Part shown: in pieces, positions 19,319-28,087 of the stretch | Layout of the letters: each line of letters starts with the position of its first letter | Position numbering within the stretch: position 1 is the stretch's first letter | Source: Anaerolineae bacterium | Lineage (GTDB): Bacteria > Chloroflexota > Anaerolineae > Epilineales > Epilineaceae | NCBI GenBank assembly: GCA_029262755.1 | Contig: JAJCYU010000038.1 | Coordinates: 1 to 40,565 of the forward strand | Direction: 5' to 3' | Length of the DNA: 40,565 bases | Notes under the pieces: generated by a model | The model's input: only the letters and a program-made list of their open reading frames with translations | The model's database searches: none | What the model was told of the DNA's origin: nothing | Made by a program: the position numbers and the translations under genes

Positions 19319-20207
19319 CGTCCCACTCCTCTCCGGTGAATGCGCCGCCCTCGCCGGGAACGGCGACTGTAGCTAGGGCCGAGCGGGCTTCGATTCGAAT
19401 GTTGCCGAACAGATCGTCTTGGGTCACCCGCACGGCCCAGCGGCGCAGCATCTCGAGCAGCGCCAGAAAGCTCACGATGACGAACTCGCGCGGCTCAGCA
19501 TCGGCCGGTCGGCCGGAAAGCACGATTTCTTCAAACGACGCGCTGCCCTGTCGTAGCAGGATTTCGCGAATCGTCGTGAAGCGTTCACGCAGGTGAACGC
19601 GGTGGGCGCGTACGGGCGGCCCGGTAGGTTCGTTCGTCTGCTTGGCCGCCTCCGCCAAGGCACGACGGAACGCGGCCGCGAGGTCGTCGGCCGTCGCCTC
19701 GTCATCCGGACGGGGCGCCGGGCCGCTGGGTGCAGGCGGCGGCGCCGCGGCGCGCGGAAAGGCACGCAGCCCCTCGCGCTCGCGCTCGGCGAGCCCCTCC
19801 GCGACGCGGCGGTAGCGTCGATATTCGCGCAGGCGCTCAAGCAACTCGGCCGCGTCCGCGTCCTCATCCAGCTCGTCGCCGGGGGGTCGTGGTAGCAGCC
19901 ACCTGCTCTTGATCGATACGAGCGTTGCCGCCGTTTCGCAGAAATCGGCAAGCTCCGGCACGTCCACGGCTTGCAGCGTGGCAAGATGCTTGAGGTATTG
20001 GTCCGTCACCATGGCCAGGGAAACCGTGGACAAGTCCAGCGCCTCGCGCCGGATCAAGGTCAGCAGCAGCTCGAGCGGCCCTTCGAAGACCGGCAACACC
20101 ACCCTCCATCGCGATCCAGCGCGTTCGAGCACGGAGGGCGGCGCCTTCGTCGCGACGGGCTCGGGCACCCGTTCGTGCTCGGGCTGTGTCGCCGGGGCAT
20201 CGCTCAT
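19308..20207 (-). CDS. scpA: Segregation and condensation protein A (SMC kleisin)
   Basis: LPVFEGPLELLL.LI, VTDQYL, AATLV.IKSR.LLP, L.EY..Y and IVSFLALLE...V.Q..LFG.I. Start ATG 20207 overlaps the upstream stop (ATGA). Confidence 0.93.
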   Translation of the reverse strand: MSDAPATQPEHERVPEPVATKAPPSVLERAGSRWRVVLPVFEGPLELLLTLIRREALDLSTVSLAMVTDQYLKHLATLQAVDVPELADFCETAATLVSIKSRWLLPRPPGDELDEDADAAELLERLREYRRYRRVAEGLAEREREGLRAFPRAAAPPPAPSGPAPRPDDEATADDLAAAFRRALAEAAKQTNEPTGPPVRAHRVHLRERFTTIREILLRQGSASFEEIVLSGRPADAEPREFVIVSFLALLEMLRRWAVRVTQDDLFGNIRIEARSALATVAVPGEGGAFTGEEWDDET

Positions 20208-21451
20208 CGTCGTGCGGTCGGGCGACCGGCAATGGCGACCTCGGACAGGAGGCGGCGCTTCCAGTCGGCATAGAAACGCGGGCCGGGGCACGGTGTTTGG
20301 ACGAGCTCGCCGTGGCCGCGCACCACCTCGGGCGGCAGACCGAGATCGTCGAGCACGCGCGCGATGAGCATGGCCGTACGGGAAAGCTGCACGGGGCTGG
20401 GTGAGGCGTGTGCGAAGTCACCACTCAGCGCAATGCCAACCGCGACGGGGTTGAACTGCCGAACGTGATGGCTGACCGCGCTTAGGTCCTGGGTCTGCCA
20501 CACGGTGCCATCGATGCCGACGACAAAGTGGTAGCCGATGCCCGGCCACCCGTGCGCTTCCACGTGCTCGCGCGCGATGTCGTGCGGGGTGACCTCAGCG
20601 GGCGCGCCCGTGTGGTGGATGGCCACGTAGCGGATGTCGGCCAGGGGCCGTCGCGGGTAGCCGCCCTGCTTCGAGGGCAGCGTGTCGATCAAGTCGACCA
20701 CGGCCAGGTCTGCTCGTGGACCGGATGTGCCGTTCTCGCCGTGCAGGGCGCGCGCCATCCGAAGCCAATCCGAGCCCAGATCCCGCGGGCGCACACGACC
20801 CGGCGCATGCTCCTGCAACGCGAGGCGCTCAAAGAGTTGGGTTCGGATCCCATCCATGAGCAACTCCCCGCTGATCGGGGCGCCGCAGAGCGTGGGTCCA
20901 AAGTGCTCGTAGAACGAAAGAAAGGGCCCGCGCACCTCGTATCCGCTATCGCCGAACACGCGGCGCGGACCGACATCGGCGTCCGGACCCGCACGCGGCG
21001 GCGCCGGCGGCAGCGCGATGCCTTCCGGGACTGGATTGGGGGCCGGGGCCGGGGATGGGGACGGGGCCGAGGACGTTGCAGGGGCAGGCATAGGACCGGG
21101 CGAAGGGTCCGGCGCAGCGTTGGGCGTACGGTCCGGCGCAAGGTTGGGCGACGGCGGCGACAGGACGGGAGGCGTTTCGGGTGTCGCTTGCTCGGCCGGC
21201 CCGGAATATCCGGCCGACCCGGAATCTACCGCCGGCGCGATTGGTGTGGTCGCGTGGGCGCGACCCGTCTCCGTCGTTTCGAGCGCATCGGCAGCTTGCC
21301 GCACGTCCGACGCAGCCGGCGTATCGGACGGGTCGGAGGCGGTGTCCGTCGCGGCAGCCGCGGCGCGTCTCGTTTCCAGCAAGTATTCGTCGAAGATCAT
21401 GCGTCGCTCCCGCGCTTCGGCATCGGTGGGTGAGTATAGCGCGCGGAGCAC
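20204..21451 (-). CDS. N-acetylmuramoyl-L-alanine amidase (Amidase_2/PGRP-like) with a long Pro/Ala-rich N-terminal region
   Basis: IHHTG, WPGIGYHFVV..DG, SHH, VGIAL.GDF, VRGH and TPCPG (Zn ligands His/His/Cys). Start codon uncertain. Confidence 0.85.
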   Translation of the reverse strand: MLRALYSPTDAEARERRMIFDEYLLETRRAAAAATDTASDPSDTPAASDVRQAADALETTETGRAHATTPIAPAVDSGSAGYSGPAEQATPETPPVLSPPSPNLAPDRTPNAAPDPSPGPMPAPATSSAPSPSPAPAPNPVPEGIALPPAPPRAGPDADVGPRRVFGDSGYEVRGPFLSFYEHFGPTLCGAPISGELLMDGIRTQLFERLALQEHAPGRVRPRDLGSDWLRMARALHGENGTSGPRADLAVVDLIDTLPSKQGGYPRRPLADIRYVAIHHTGAPAEVTPHDIAREHVEAHGWPGIGYHFVVGIDGTVWQTQDLSAVSHHVRQFNPVAVGIALSGDFAHASPSPVQLSRTAMLIARVLDDLGLPPEVVRGHGELVQTPCPGPRFYADWKRRLLSEVAIAGRPTARR

Positions 21452-21521
21452 GCCTCGCGCCGACCCGAGCGCCCGTCACATCGTGCCGAGCGGGCCGGCC
21501 GCCGTACGGGCGATGGAACCC

Positions 21522-22232
21522 TCAGCCGAAACCCAAGCCGCGTTCGCGCAACGAGATCCATCCGCGGCGGGCCAGGATCACGTGGTCGAGCACCTCGATG
21601 TCGAGCAGCCGCCCCGCCGCCACGATACGTTTGGTGATACGCACATCGTCGGCGCTCGGCGCCGGATCGCCCGACGGATGGTTGTGGGCCAAGAGGATGG
21701 CGGGGCAGTTTCGCCGCACCGCCTCGCGGAAGACTTCGGAGACGCGAACCAGGCTGCCGGACACCGAGCCTTTGTAGAGCTCGTGCACCCCGAGGACGTC
21801 GTGCCGCACGCTCAGCAGGACGACGCGCAGGTGCTCCTGCTCGAGGAGGATCATCTCCGGGCCGAGCAATGCGACGGCGTCCGCCGGTGTAGACACGCGG
21901 CGCGGGGCGTCCGCCGCGGCGTCCAGCCGGTGCCCGAGCTCGATCGCCGCACGCAACTGCGCGGCCTTGGCCGGGCCGCAGCCCGCGACGCGGCAGAGCT
22001 CTTCGTTGGACGCCGCGGCGAGCCCGGCCAACCCGAATCGCCCCAGCAAGCGCTGGGCGAGGGTCAACGCGCTCTGCCCGCGCGCGCCCGTACCCACGAC
22101 GATCGCCACGAGCTCGGCCGTGGCGAGCGAACGCGGACCGGCGCGCGCCAGGCGCTCCCGCGGCTGCTCCACCACCGGCAGGTCGCGAATACGATCGCCC
22201 GTGGCACCGGGCTGTGACGAATCGGCGGACAT
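21522..22232 (-). CDS. radC: RadC family JAB/MPN protein
   Basis: PRERL...G..SL...EL.AI, G.GPAKA.QL.AA.ELG, EVFR.A, HNHPSGDP.PS.DD and LDH.I. Confidence 0.96.
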   Translation of the reverse strand: MSADSSQPGATGDRIRDLPVVEQPRERLARAGPRSLATAELVAIVVGTGARGQSALTLAQRLLGRFGLAGLAAASNEELCRVAGCGPAKAAQLRAAIELGHRLDAAADAPRRVSTPADAVALLGPEMILLEQEHLRVVLLSVRHDVLGVHELYKGSVSGSLVRVSEVFREAVRRNCPAILLAHNHPSGDPAPSADDVRITKRIVAAGRLLDIEVLDHVILARRGWISLRERGLGFG

Positions 22233-22555
22233 GGCAATGCTCCGGGCAGTGTCGGAGGGGGTGACGCCGGAAGCCGCACCCTAATCACGGAGCTCGCCCG
22301 CGCCGGTCGAGCAACCGGTACGCGCCGGGCGGTCGGGCCTTGCGGGGATCGGTCCGGTACTTGATCCGGGAGGCGATGGAATGGCGGTGCGGTATGCGGT
22401 TCGCGCGGCGACCGGCCGGCGCTACGAGCGCGCCCGGCAAGCCTACCGCCTCCGGCCGCTGCGCCGGGAGAGAGTTTGCGCCGTGTTCGCGCCCCGATCG
22501 CGACATGCGACGCGTGCTGCGGTGAGACCGCAACGGTTGGGGCGTCGGCGGAACC

Positions 22556-22585
22556 TTGCGACGCGGCGCGGGCCTCCTTTATACT
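22556..22585 (+). promoter_or_regulatory. Putative sigma-A promoter for the HAD-rnd pair
   Basis: TTGCGA (22556-22561), an 18-nt spacer, then TATACT (22580-22585), 38 nt before ATG 22624. Confidence 0.6.
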
Positions 22586-22623
22586 CGTCCGCCCTGCCGG
22601 CGCCATTCCAATTGGGACGTGCC

Positions 22624-23280
22624 ATGACCCACAACCCAAGTACGCCCGCCGGCGTCCTCTTCGATGTAGAGGGTGTCATCGCCCATCCCGATCCTGCGGC
22701 CGCGGAGCGTCTGCTGTCCGCGATGGACCTGGATCTTGCGGCCGTGACCCGTGCTCGCAACACGGACGCCACGTACCCACTCTGGGAGCGGTACTCCATC
22801 GGGCGTCTCGCACCGGCCGACTATTGGGCAGCCGTCGCACGCGCTTTGGGGCGCACGGACGATGCGGAGACCGTCGCCGGTCTGCGCCGCGCTCAACGCG
22901 CAGCGTGGTGGGCGTGTATCGACGATGCGGTGCTGGCCATCGTCGACGAGTTGCGGTCCACGGCGGCGCGGGAGGACCGTGCGCTGCGCATCGGGCTACT
23001 GTCCAACAGCGCACCCGAACACGAGGCGTACATCGGTCGCTTCGCGGGGCACTTCGACGCCGCGTGCTTCTCGCATCGCACCGGCCTGCGCAAACCGGAT
23101 CCCGCGGCCTACCGGCTTGCCGCGGCGGCCATCGAGCTGCCCATGGAAGCGACGGCCTTCGTCGACGACAAGACCCGAAACACAGATGCGGCGCGAGCGC
23201 TGGGCATGGCCGCGATCCCGTTCACGGACGCGGCGGCGTTGCGCGTTTCGTTGGCGGGTCTTGGGCTCCTCGCGCGATGA
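22624..23280 (+). CDS. HAD-superfamily hydrolase (subfamily IA)
   Basis: Motif I FDVEGVI, motif II LLSNS, motif III RKPDP, motif IV FVDD..N..AA..LGM. Confidence 0.88.
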   Translation: MTHNPSTPAGVLFDVEGVIAHPDPAAAERLLSAMDLDLAAVTRARNTDATYPLWERYSIGRLAPADYWAAVARALGRTDDAETVAGLRRAQRAAWWACIDDAVLAIVDELRSTAAREDRALRIGLLSNSAPEHEAYIGRFAGHFDAACFSHRTGLRKPDPAAYRLAAAAIELPMEATAFVDDKTRNTDAARALGMAAIPFTDAAALRVSLAGLGLLAR

Positions 23281-24416
23281 GTGCCCCCTTCCGACTGATC
23301 GACAACGAAGCCGCGTGGGACTCGGTTGCCGATGCCCTGGCCGCGGCGACGGCGCTCGCCTTCGATCTGGAGGCCGACGGCTTCCATCGCTACCCCGAAC
23401 GCACGGCCCTGTTGCAGGTGGGGCTGCCCGGCGGCGAGATCCTGATCGTCGATCCGCTGGCGATCCCCGACCTCGGCCCCTTGGCCACGGCCATGACCGA
23501 TCCCGCACGCCCGTTGATCCTCCATTCGGGCAGCTACGACGTCCGTGCCCTGGACCGTGACTTCGGATTGCGGGTCGGCGCGCTGATCGACACGGCGTTG
23601 GCGGCGCAGTTCTGCGGAGAACGCCGGTTGGGTCTCGGCAACGTCTTGCGCGAACGCTTGGATATCGATCTGCCCAAGCCCAAGCGGCTACAACGCTTCG
23701 ACTGGTCGCGCCGACCGCTGCCCGACGATGCGCTCGCCTACGCGGCCGGCGACGTCGAGCACTTGTTCGCGCTAGCCGAGGACACGGTCGGCGAGGTGGA
23801 GCGACTCGGCCGACGGGCGTGGTTGGACGAGGAGTGCGCGCGTCTGGCCGCCGTGCGCTGGGAGGCGCCTCCGCCGCCCGAGGAGGCCTTCCGACGGGTC
23901 AAGGGCGCTCGGGACCTCGACGACGCCCAACGTGCCGTGCTACGCGCGTTGTTTGCGTTCCGCGAGGTCGAGGCCGTGCGCTCCGGACGGCCCCCGCATT
24001 ACGTGTTGAGCAATGCGGCGATGCTGGCGATCGCGGTCGACTCCGCGCAGGACCCCTCACGGGTTCGCGGCATCGGCGGTATGCTCCGCGGCGACGGGAT
24101 GAACCGCCTCCGGGCGGCGATCCGCGACGGCCTAGCCGCAGCGCCGGAGCCGTGGCCTCGCCCGCGCGGTCGCAACCCGTGGACCCCCGAGGCACGTGAC
24201 CGACTCCAGAGCCTGAAGGCCTGGCGACGCGGCGTGGCCGAAGGCCTCGACCTCGATCCCGGCATCGTTTGGCCGGCCGCGCACTTGGAGCGTCTGGCCC
24301 TGGAACCCAGCGCCGAGCCTCGCTCGCTCGACGAGGGCTCGCCGCCGTGGATCCGTGAGTGGCAGTGGAACACGCTGGGCGAATCGCTCATCGAGGCCGT
24401 CGCGCGCATCAGCTGA
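23277..24416 (+). CDS. rnd: Ribonuclease D-like 3'-5' exonuclease with HRDC domains
   Basis: DEDDy motifs AFDLEAD, LH...YD, DT.LAAQ, DWSRRPL and YAAGDV; two HRDC-like segments. ATG 23277 overlaps the HAD stop. Confidence 0.88.
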   Translation: MSAPFRLIDNEAAWDSVADALAAATALAFDLEADGFHRYPERTALLQVGLPGGEILIVDPLAIPDLGPLATAMTDPARPLILHSGSYDVRALDRDFGLRVGALIDTALAAQFCGERRLGLGNVLRERLDIDLPKPKRLQRFDWSRRPLPDDALAYAAGDVEHLFALAEDTVGEVERLGRRAWLDEECARLAAVRWEAPPPPEEAFRRVKGARDLDDAQRAVLRALFAFREVEAVRSGRPPHYVLSNAAMLAIAVDSAQDPSRVRGIGGMLRGDGMNRLRAAIRDGLAAAPEPWPRPRGRNPWTPEARDRLQSLKAWRRGVAEGLDLDPGIVWPAAHLERLALEPSAEPRSLDEGSPPWIREWQWNTLGESLIEAVARIS

Positions 24417-24463
24417 CACATCTGGTTGCTCGCGGTCACGCTGCCTTTGAGCCCATCGCCCTG

Positions 24464-25750
24464 CTACGGCAACGTGCCGGCGCCCGACGCGTCTGGCGCG
24501 CCTTGACCCGATGTGCCCACGCTGGATCCGGACTCGCCGCCCGGTTCCCCCTCGTCGATCGGCAGCATGTGCAGCATACCCTCGGCGGGTCCGCGTTCGG
24601 TGCGCTCGAGTTGGGATTTGAACTCCAGCGCGTAGATATCGACCAGGGCCAAAGTAATCGCGGCCAAGATCGGGCCGACGACAAATCCCATGACGCCGAA
24701 CACCGCGATGCCTCCCAGCGTCGCGAAGAAGATCACGAGATCGTGGAGGCCGGCGCCGCGGCCGACCAGACGCGGACGCAGGACGTTGTCGATCGTCGAG
24801 ATCAGCACCGCTGTGACGAGCAGGATGATCACGCCCTGCCACACGTTGCCGAGCAAGAGCTGCACGACGCCGATGGGATACATGACGATCCAGGTGCCGA
24901 GCAGGGGTACGACCGAGAGGATGATCATCACGACACCCCAGAGCATCGGGGCCTCGACCCCGGTCAACCACAGCAGCAGCCCGCCCGTACCGCCTTGGAT
25001 CAGGCCGATCAGAAACGAGCCGCGCAGCGTCGCGCGTGAGACGGAAACGAGGCGGTCGAGCAACAGCTGTTCGTAGCGTTCTCGAAGAGGCGACAGGTAG
25101 CGCAAACGCGCCACGATGCGCTCCCCGTCGCGGAAGAAATAGAACATCGTGAACAGCACGATGAACAGGTTGGCCAGGAGTTGGAACGCGCCGGATGACG
25201 TGCGGTTGACGACGCGGGCCGCGAGGTTGCCCGCCGTGCCGAACACGTTCTCGAAGGTGGCGGTCAGGTCCGGCTGCGGCAGGCTGAGCTGCCGGATCGG
25301 TTCGGAGAGCAGAAGCCTTCCGACCGGGCCCTCCTCCCACGCAGCCAATTGGACAGCCATCGAATCGCTGCTGCTCTGAATCCAGGCGAGGAACGGCCCT
25401 TCGGCGATCGTGAACAAGCGCACGACCTCGAGGCGAACGAGGCCGAAGGTGATGTACATCGGCACCACGACCAACGTGACGACGACCACGATGCTGATAA
25501 ACGCCGCGACGCCGGCGCGACCGCGCAGGCGCCGCACGAGCCCGACCTGCAACGGCCAGGCGAGCACCGCGACCACCGCGGCGATGATCACCGGTGTGAT
25601 GAAGAAGCGCATCAGGTAGAAGAAGACCGTGACGAAGATCGCCAACAGGCCGAGCAACCAGATGCGCCCGAAACGCTCCGCCGTTAGGACCGGTAACGCG
25701 ATCCTGCGACGCGCGGTGCGGGGTTCCGCGGGAGGGGAGTCCGGGCTCAC
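24464..25750 (-). CDS. AI-2E (PerM/UPF0118) family transporter
   Basis: Multi-TM; FYFFRDG, IQG..GG, P.LG..IV..P, DNVLRPRLVG and GG...FG..G...GP. GTGA overlap with the upstream gene. Confidence 0.92.
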   Translation of the reverse strand: MSPDSPPAEPRTARRRIALPVLTAERFGRIWLLGLLAIFVTVFFYLMRFFITPVIIAAVVAVLAWPLQVGLVRRLRGRAGVAAFISIVVVVTLVVVPMYITFGLVRLEVVRLFTIAEGPFLAWIQSSSDSMAVQLAAWEEGPVGRLLLSEPIRQLSLPQPDLTATFENVFGTAGNLAARVVNRTSSGAFQLLANLFIVLFTMFYFFRDGERIVARLRYLSPLRERYEQLLLDRLVSVSRATLRGSFLIGLIQGGTGGLLLWLTGVEAPMLWGVVMIILSVVPLLGTWIVMYPIGVVQLLLGNVWQGVIILLVTAVLISTIDNVLRPRLVGRGAGLHDLVIFFATLGGIAVFGVMGFVVGPILAAITLALVDIYALEFKSQLERTERGPAEGMLHMLPIDEGEPGGESGSSVGTSGQGAPDASGAGTLP

Positions 25751-26577
25751 GCCTCGTCGAGGGTGGCGGCGATCTCGCCGAGGAAGGCTGAAACCGCCGC
25801 GTTGAAGGCCTCCGGACGTTCCAGCGTGGGCAGATGTCCGGCACCGTCGATCAGCACCAGGCGCGCGCCGGGAATCGCGGCAGCCATGGCCTCGGCTTCG
25901 GCGTGCGGGATCACCCGGTCGGCCGTGCCGTGGAGGACGAGCGTCGGAATCTGGATCGTCGGCAGCATGGCCGTCGAGTCCGCGCGATCGCGCATGGCGG
26001 CTAGCGCGCCCATCGTGCCCTCGACCGAGCTTGCGCGCAGGATGTCCTCGACTTCGTCGACGAGATCGGGATCGGATTCGTAGGTGGCCTCGGCCAGAAG
26101 CTTGGGCAGCATGCCCGCGACGACGGGGTCGATGCCATCGGCCGCCACCTTGGCGATCGTGGCGTCGCGACCGGACTTCGCATCGTCGTTGTCCGCGCCC
26201 GCCTTCGTGGAGGACAAGATCAAGCCGGCGAAACGGTCCGGCTGCTGGCGCACGAGTTCAAGCGCGATGTAGCCGCCCATGGATAGCCCACCGACCACGA
26301 TCGGGCCGTCGAGGCCGAGCGCGTCGAGCAGCGCCATGCAGTCGTCGGCCAGCTCGGCCATCATGTACTCGCCGTCCACAGGCTCGCTGTCGCCGAAGCC
26401 GCGTAGGTCCGGCGCGATCACGCGCGCGTGATAGCCCAGCTCGGCCAATTGCGGCTCCCACATCCGGCTGCTCAGCGGGAATCCGTGGATCAGCAGCAAC
26501 ACCAGGTCAGGCGTGCTGTCCGCATAGGCGAGGGTGATCATTTCCGGCATGCCTTCGTCGGCGCCGTTCTGGGTCAT
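25747..26577 (-). CDS. Alpha/beta-fold hydrolase (PcaD-like)
   Basis: LIHGFPL, APDLRGFG, nucleophile elbow GLSMGG, G..D and GAGHL..LE.P..FN. Start probably ATG 26577. Confidence 0.9.
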   Translation of the reverse strand: MTQNGADEGMPEMITLAYADSTPDLVLLLIHGFPLSSRMWEPQLAELGYHARVIAPDLRGFGDSEPVDGEYMMAELADDCMALLDALGLDGPIVVGGLSMGGYIALELVRQQPDRFAGLILSSTKAGADNDDAKSGRDATIAKVAADGIDPVVAGMLPKLLAEATYESDPDLVDEVEDILRASSVEGTMGALAAMRDRADSTAMLPTIQIPTLVLHGTADRVIPHAEAEAMAAAIPGARLVLIDGAGHLPTLERPEAFNAAVSAFLGEIAATLDEA

Positions 26578-26705
26578 GGCGGGTCTCTCTTTGGTGGGCG
26601 CCGAGGGCGCTGCGATCGGCCGCGAAGGATACGCCGTGGAACCGTCGGTCGCCAATGGCGCTGCGATCCCTTGCCGGGCGGCAGCGCTGCCGACATCATG
26701 GCACG

Positions 26706-27923
26706 ATGACACCAGACATCTTCAAGATCGACGATCCCTCCGCCCCGCCCCTCACCTGGACCGACAGCGTCGTCGAGGCGGCGGTGATGCTCGGCGTCGT
26801 CGTGGCCGGCACGCTGCTGGCCTGGACGCTCCTGGCGCTCCTGGGTAGCCTCGCCCGCCGCGCCGTGCGGCGCACCGGAACGACGCTCGACGAGAAGGTC
26901 TTCGCTGCGCTGCGTCCGTTGGCCCGTCCCGCGGCCCTCACGCTGGCGCTGCAAGTTGCGCCCCCGGCAGCGCGCTCGGTGTTGGGCCGAGATGCCTTCA
27001 GCGAGAGCCTCAAGCCGACGCTGGAACCACTACTGTTCGTGATCTGGGCCCTTCTCATGGCCGCCGCGGCCATCCGGCTATCCGCCGCCCTGATGGACTG
27101 GTACACGCATGACATAGCCCACCGGACAGAGAGCAACGTCGACGAGCAGATCCTACCGTTTGCGCGCAAGGTCGTGTTCGTGCTCGTTTCCGCCGTCGCC
27201 GGGGTGATGATCCTCGGGCGCCTCGGCATCGACGTGAGCGCCTTGGTCGCGACGTTGGGCGTCGGCTCGCTCGCGGTGGCCCTCGCGGCCCAATCCGCGC
27301 TGGCCGACACGATCTCCGGTGTGTTGATCATGCTCGACCGGCCCTTTCAGGTGGGCGACCGGATCGAGATTCTTGAGATCGGCACCTGGGGCGACGTGCA
27401 GGATATCGGCTTGCGCTCCACACGCATTCGCACGATCGACAACCGCATGGTCGTGGTGCCCAACTCCGTGATTTCGAAGAACCTGGTGGTCAACTACTCC
27501 CACCCAAGCGACATGCTGCGGGTGGAAACGGATGTCAGCGTGGCCTACGGCACGTCCCTCGACGACGCGAGGCGTGTACTGCACGACGCGGTCGCGGATC
27601 AGGACTGGCTCGCGCCCGGCATGCCCGTCGAGGCGCTCTTCATGTCCATGGGCGATAGCAGCCTGGTCTTTCGCGTCCGGTGCTGGATCCCGCACTTCGC
27701 CGAAGCCCAGCGCATCAAGGACAAGCTAAACGGCCGCCTCTACGATGCTCTCCGCGAGGGAGGCATCGAGATTCCCTTTCCACAGGTGGTCGTGCACGGG
27801 GTCGGGGCGGAGCGCGCGGCGCGGGATGGTTCCGGCGACGAGGTCGACGCGGGAACTGACCTTGGACGTTCGGTCGGCGAGCGCGCAAGCGAAGATGGAT
27901 ACGGATCGAACGCAGACGGGTAG
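26706..27923 (+). CDS. mscS: Small-conductance mechanosensitive channel family protein
   Basis: LGVGSLAVALAAQ, DRPFQVGDRI, G.V.DIGLRSTRIRT.DN, VPNS and GIEIPFPQ. Confidence 0.9.
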   Translation: MTPDIFKIDDPSAPPLTWTDSVVEAAVMLGVVVAGTLLAWTLLALLGSLARRAVRRTGTTLDEKVFAALRPLARPAALTLALQVAPPAARSVLGRDAFSESLKPTLEPLLFVIWALLMAAAAIRLSAALMDWYTHDIAHRTESNVDEQILPFARKVVFVLVSAVAGVMILGRLGIDVSALVATLGVGSLAVALAAQSALADTISGVLIMLDRPFQVGDRIEILEIGTWGDVQDIGLRSTRIRTIDNRMVVVPNSVISKNLVVNYSHPSDMLRVETDVSVAYGTSLDDARRVLHDAVADQDWLAPGMPVEALFMSMGDSSLVFRVRCWIPHFAEAQRIKDKLNGRLYDALREGGIEIPFPQVVVHGVGAERAARDGSGDEVDAGTDLGRSVGERASEDGYGSNADG

Positions 27924-28087
27924 CCGGCGCGCCATCAACGTTCTCCGGCCGACCGGCCCGTACCGTACCGTGCACCCCACCCGAACGGCCCGCGCTCCTT
28001 CACCCACGGCCTGCATGAACGCGCGACCCTGGCTGGCTCGAGCTAGTCGGTCGCTCTAGCGAATGGCCCGCGCCAAGAATCGACCTG

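Noticed and set aside
21522..22232. radC as a marker of a mobile or anti-restriction element
   Set aside because: It is the full-length chromosomal form with the N-terminal helical region, embedded among housekeeping genes, with no integrase, att sites or compositional shift visible.
22233..22623. Small ORFs or upstream extensions in the radC/HAD divergent gap (22285-22533, 22381 and 22476 starts)
   Set aside because: They give Arg/Ala/Pro-rich shadow-like translations, and a good promoter at 22556-22585 supports the later HAD start.
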